From: Chloroflexota bacterium
GTDB lineage: Bacteria > Chloroflexota > UBA11872 > VXOZ01
NCBI GenBank assembly: GCA_965221905.1
Contig: OZ244922.1
Coordinates: 3,072,001 to 3,136,000 of the forward strand
Direction: 5' to 3'
Length of the DNA: 64,000 nt
Numbering within the stretch: the stretch's first letter is position 1; each line of letters opens with the position of its first letter. This document shows, piece by piece, positions 61,572-64,000 of the stretch. A program made the position numbers and the translations under genes. The notes beneath the pieces were generated by a model, which saw nothing but the letters and a program-made list of their open reading frames with translations, had not been told where the DNA came from and did no database searches.

Positions 61572-63035
61572 ATGAACGTCGTTGTTATCTGCCTCGATAC
61601 CATGCGCTCCGACATGGTGCATTCGTTTGGCGCCGATTTCATCCGTACTCCCGTGCTCGACAATCTAGCAGCCGAGAGCGTGGCCTTCACCGAGGCGTAT
61701 GGCTGTGCCTATCCTACCATTCCCGCCCGCCGCGCACTCTTCACCGGCATGAACAGCTTTCCTTGGCAATATGGTTTCGATACCCTTGGCTCCAGTCCCT
61801 CGCCGCGCGGCTGGCACAAGATTCCCCCGGAACACACACCTGTGGCGGAACGCCTCGTAGAAGCGGGCATCAACACCGGCTTCATTGCCGATACGTACCA
61901 CATGTTCAAAGCAACGATGAATTTTACGCGCGGCTTTTGCTCCTGGGACTTTGTGCGGGGTCAAGAGTTCGACCACTGGAAGACCCTGCCGCCCGGCGCT
62001 GTCGACCCAACCAAGTATACCGACGCTGAGCCGGATTCGCCCCGCATGACGGGTATGCTGCAATACCTGTGGAACCAAGGTGAGCGCCCTCGCGAGGACG
62101 ACTTTCAGGCGGCGCGCGTCTTCTTGAGCGCCATGGACTGGGTAGAGAACAACGCCGCCTACGGGCCGTTCTACCTGTATATTGACTCGTTCGACCCTCA
62201 CGAACCGTGGGACCCGCCGCTCCACTACGCAGACGCATACTACAAAGACGACTCAGTGAAAGATTACATCTGGCCGGTGGGCACTGAGGTGGAAGGCGAG
62301 GCGGCCAGAGAGCGCACCAAGGCGCTCTACTATGGTGAAGTGACGTTCGTGGATACGTGGATTGGCCACTTCTTAGACAAGCTGGAAACACTCCACCTTC
62401 TCGAAGATACGGTCATTGTCTTCACATCCGATCACGGCACTGAGCTCCTGGACCGCGACCGCTTTGGGAAATCTGAAGACCACCTTCAGTGGTTCAATAC
62501 GCGCATTAACATGTTCATCCGCCATCCCGACAAGCAGCACGCGGGCAAACGCCTCGACGCTTTCGTCCAACATCAGGACGTGCCGCCCACCGTGCTCGAT
62601 TTGTTTGGCGTGCCGCACCAAGGGCTGGACGGCCTATCCATGTGGCCGCTCGTAACCGGTGAGCGCGAGAAGAACCGCGACTTTGTCATCGCCGGTTGGG
62701 GACAACACGCCACCGTGCGCGATCACGAGCACAACTATGTGGTGGACTTCGAGCAAGGACCGCGCAAGACCGATAGCGGCGGATTCACGGTTACACAAGA
62801 GACCGCCGCCCTGCATGTACAAGAGGAACTCTATAACCTGAGCAATGACCCGCTGGAGACGACAAACGTGCTCGAGAGTGAGCCCGATGCGGCGCTAAAG
62901 CAACGCGCGCGCTTGGAAGGCTTCTTGGAACAGCAGTTGCCTGCGCATCTCGACGACCGCGTGTGGACATACGAATATCCGCGGCGCGTCCACGCCAAGA
63001 CGAGCCCGATCATGAAGAAGATCGTCTCTCCTTAG
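61572..63035 (+). CDS. Sulfatase-like hydrolase (alkaline phosphatase superfamily) with Thr at the nucleophile position
   Basis: ICLDTMRSD, TIPARRALFTG, FDPHEPW, FTSDHG, QDVPPT, ELYNL..DPLE..N. Confidence 0.85.
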   Translation: MNVVVICLDTMRSDMVHSFGADFIRTPVLDNLAAESVAFTEAYGCAYPTIPARRALFTGMNSFPWQYGFDTLGSSPSPRGWHKIPPEHTPVAERLVEAGINTGFIADTYHMFKATMNFTRGFCSWDFVRGQEFDHWKTLPPGAVDPTKYTDAEPDSPRMTGMLQYLWNQGERPREDDFQAARVFLSAMDWVENNAAYGPFYLYIDSFDPHEPWDPPLHYADAYYKDDSVKDYIWPVGTEVEGEAARERTKALYYGEVTFVDTWIGHFLDKLETLHLLEDTVIVFTSDHGTELLDRDRFGKSEDHLQWFNTRINMFIRHPDKQHAGKRLDAFVQHQDVPPTVLDLFGVPHQGLDGLSMWPLVTGEREKNRDFVIAGWGQHATVRDHEHNYVVDFEQGPRKTDSGGFTVTQETAALHVQEELYNLSNDPLETTNVLESEPDAALKQRARLEGFLEQQLPAHLDDRVWTYEYPRRVHAKTSPIMKKIVSP

Positions 63036-63312
63036 TCCTTTCGGCGCTTGCCGCTCCAAAGGCGGGCCGACACTGCCAACACAGTTCCACCACGTCCTAG
63101 CCGGTGCCTTGTGCAAGACGCTCCGATCGAAGCACTATGGTGGGAACAGTTCATCGGTAAAGACGGTTCTAGGTCTACCGACACTCAATTCTGCCCGCCC
63201 TAGCGCACGCGCACCTTCTCTTACTCAACGTGCGGCATGTGGGTGGCGTGACTGCAAGCAACCGACCCTCTCTGCTGGAAGCAGATTCGCCGCACGACTA
63301 AAGGCGAAAAGC

Positions 63313-64000
63313 ATGGCGGAGGAACACAAATTGGCCGACGCGGCGATACCGATTTCCGTAATTCTGCCTGTCCTGAACGATGAGCCACAGATTTGTGAAA
63401 CTTTGGAGCAGGCAGCTTCCGTCCTAGCCGCCAGCGGGCTCACGTACGAAATCATCGTCGTAGCCGCCGATCTCCAGCATGCAGCCGTACCGGACGCAGC
63501 AGGTCTCTCCTCGGTGCGGTTAGTCTCTCAAGAACACGGCTCCGGTTGGGGTGACGCCATCCTGACCGCCAGCGCACTGGCGCAGCACGACCTCATATGC
63601 ACCATCGATCTACATACTCTCTACGCCGTGGCCGAAATCCCCCGCTTGCTGCACGCACTAGAAGAACACGATGCTGCCATGGTTGTCGGCGCGCGCATCG
63701 GCATACAGAAACCCATCTCCGCGCGGCGCCGAATCCTGCCGTGGATTCTCGACATGTTGGCATCCGACGCCCTGGGAAGACCGATCCTCGACCTCAACTC
63801 CGGCTTACGCCTTCTTCGCCGTACCACATTGCATGAATTCGCCGACCGCCCTTCAGGCCCCGCCACGCTACCCGCCATGTTGACACTCCTGATGACGGCT
63901 GCTGACGCTCCCGTCTTGTATTTGCCTCTTGATGATGAACCACGGGCACGGTCATTCAGGCTCCGCACGGCGCGTGAGACCCTCCGCCTCATTGGTCTCA
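63313..64000 (+). CDS. GT2-like glycosyltransferase domain with degenerate motifs, runs off the window
   Basis: Manual translation: ISVILPVLND...EIIVVAAD...GWGDAI...ICTIDLH...MVVGAR...DLNSGLRL. Confidence 0.7.
   Translation, partial: MAEEHKLADAAIPISVILPVLNDEPQICETLEQAASVLAASGLTYEIIVVAADLQHAAVPDAAGLSSVRLVSQEHGSGWGDAILTASALAQHDLICTIDLHTLYAVAEIPRLLHALEEHDAAMVVGARIGIQKPISARRRILPWILDMLASDALGRPILDLNSGLRLLRRTTLHEFADRPSGPATLPAMLTLLMTAADAPVLYLPLDDEPRARSFRLRTARETLRLIGL

Overview
GC-rich bacterial chromosomal window. Gene content and style (Pro/Thr-tailed lipoproteins, cdaA-cdaR, tandem-domain ThyX, many REP-like repeats) suggest a monoderm, Chloroflexota-like organism; this is inference. It carries a housekeeping run (argF-cdaA-cdaR-thyX-recA-secD-hisS/Z-hisG-secF, plus alaS, alr, mutY, folP), a VapBC-type toxin-antitoxin pair, a ~10.5 kb minus-strand surface-glycan cluster (four GT4-type and one CgeB-type glycosyltransferase, flippase, two methyltransferases), transporters and catabolic enzymes. 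The most unusual locus is 11.3-17.3 kb: a mauE-like (frameshifted) - mauD-like - Tat-exported 10-Cys/2-Trp mini-protein cassette with no mauB or mauG in the window. It is followed by three tandem paralogous Tat-lipoprotein solute-binding proteins (the middle one a pseudogene) that share a conserved Cys pair and have no adjacent permease. Also found by eye: two non-autonomous MITE-like insertions with terminal inverted repeats and exact target-site duplications, several REP families, a 3x13-bp tandem repeat over the glycan-operon promoter, a MocA-like/Ham1-like fusion protein and a Thr-type sulfatase-like enzyme. No rRNA, tRNA, CRISPR array or transposase was recognised.
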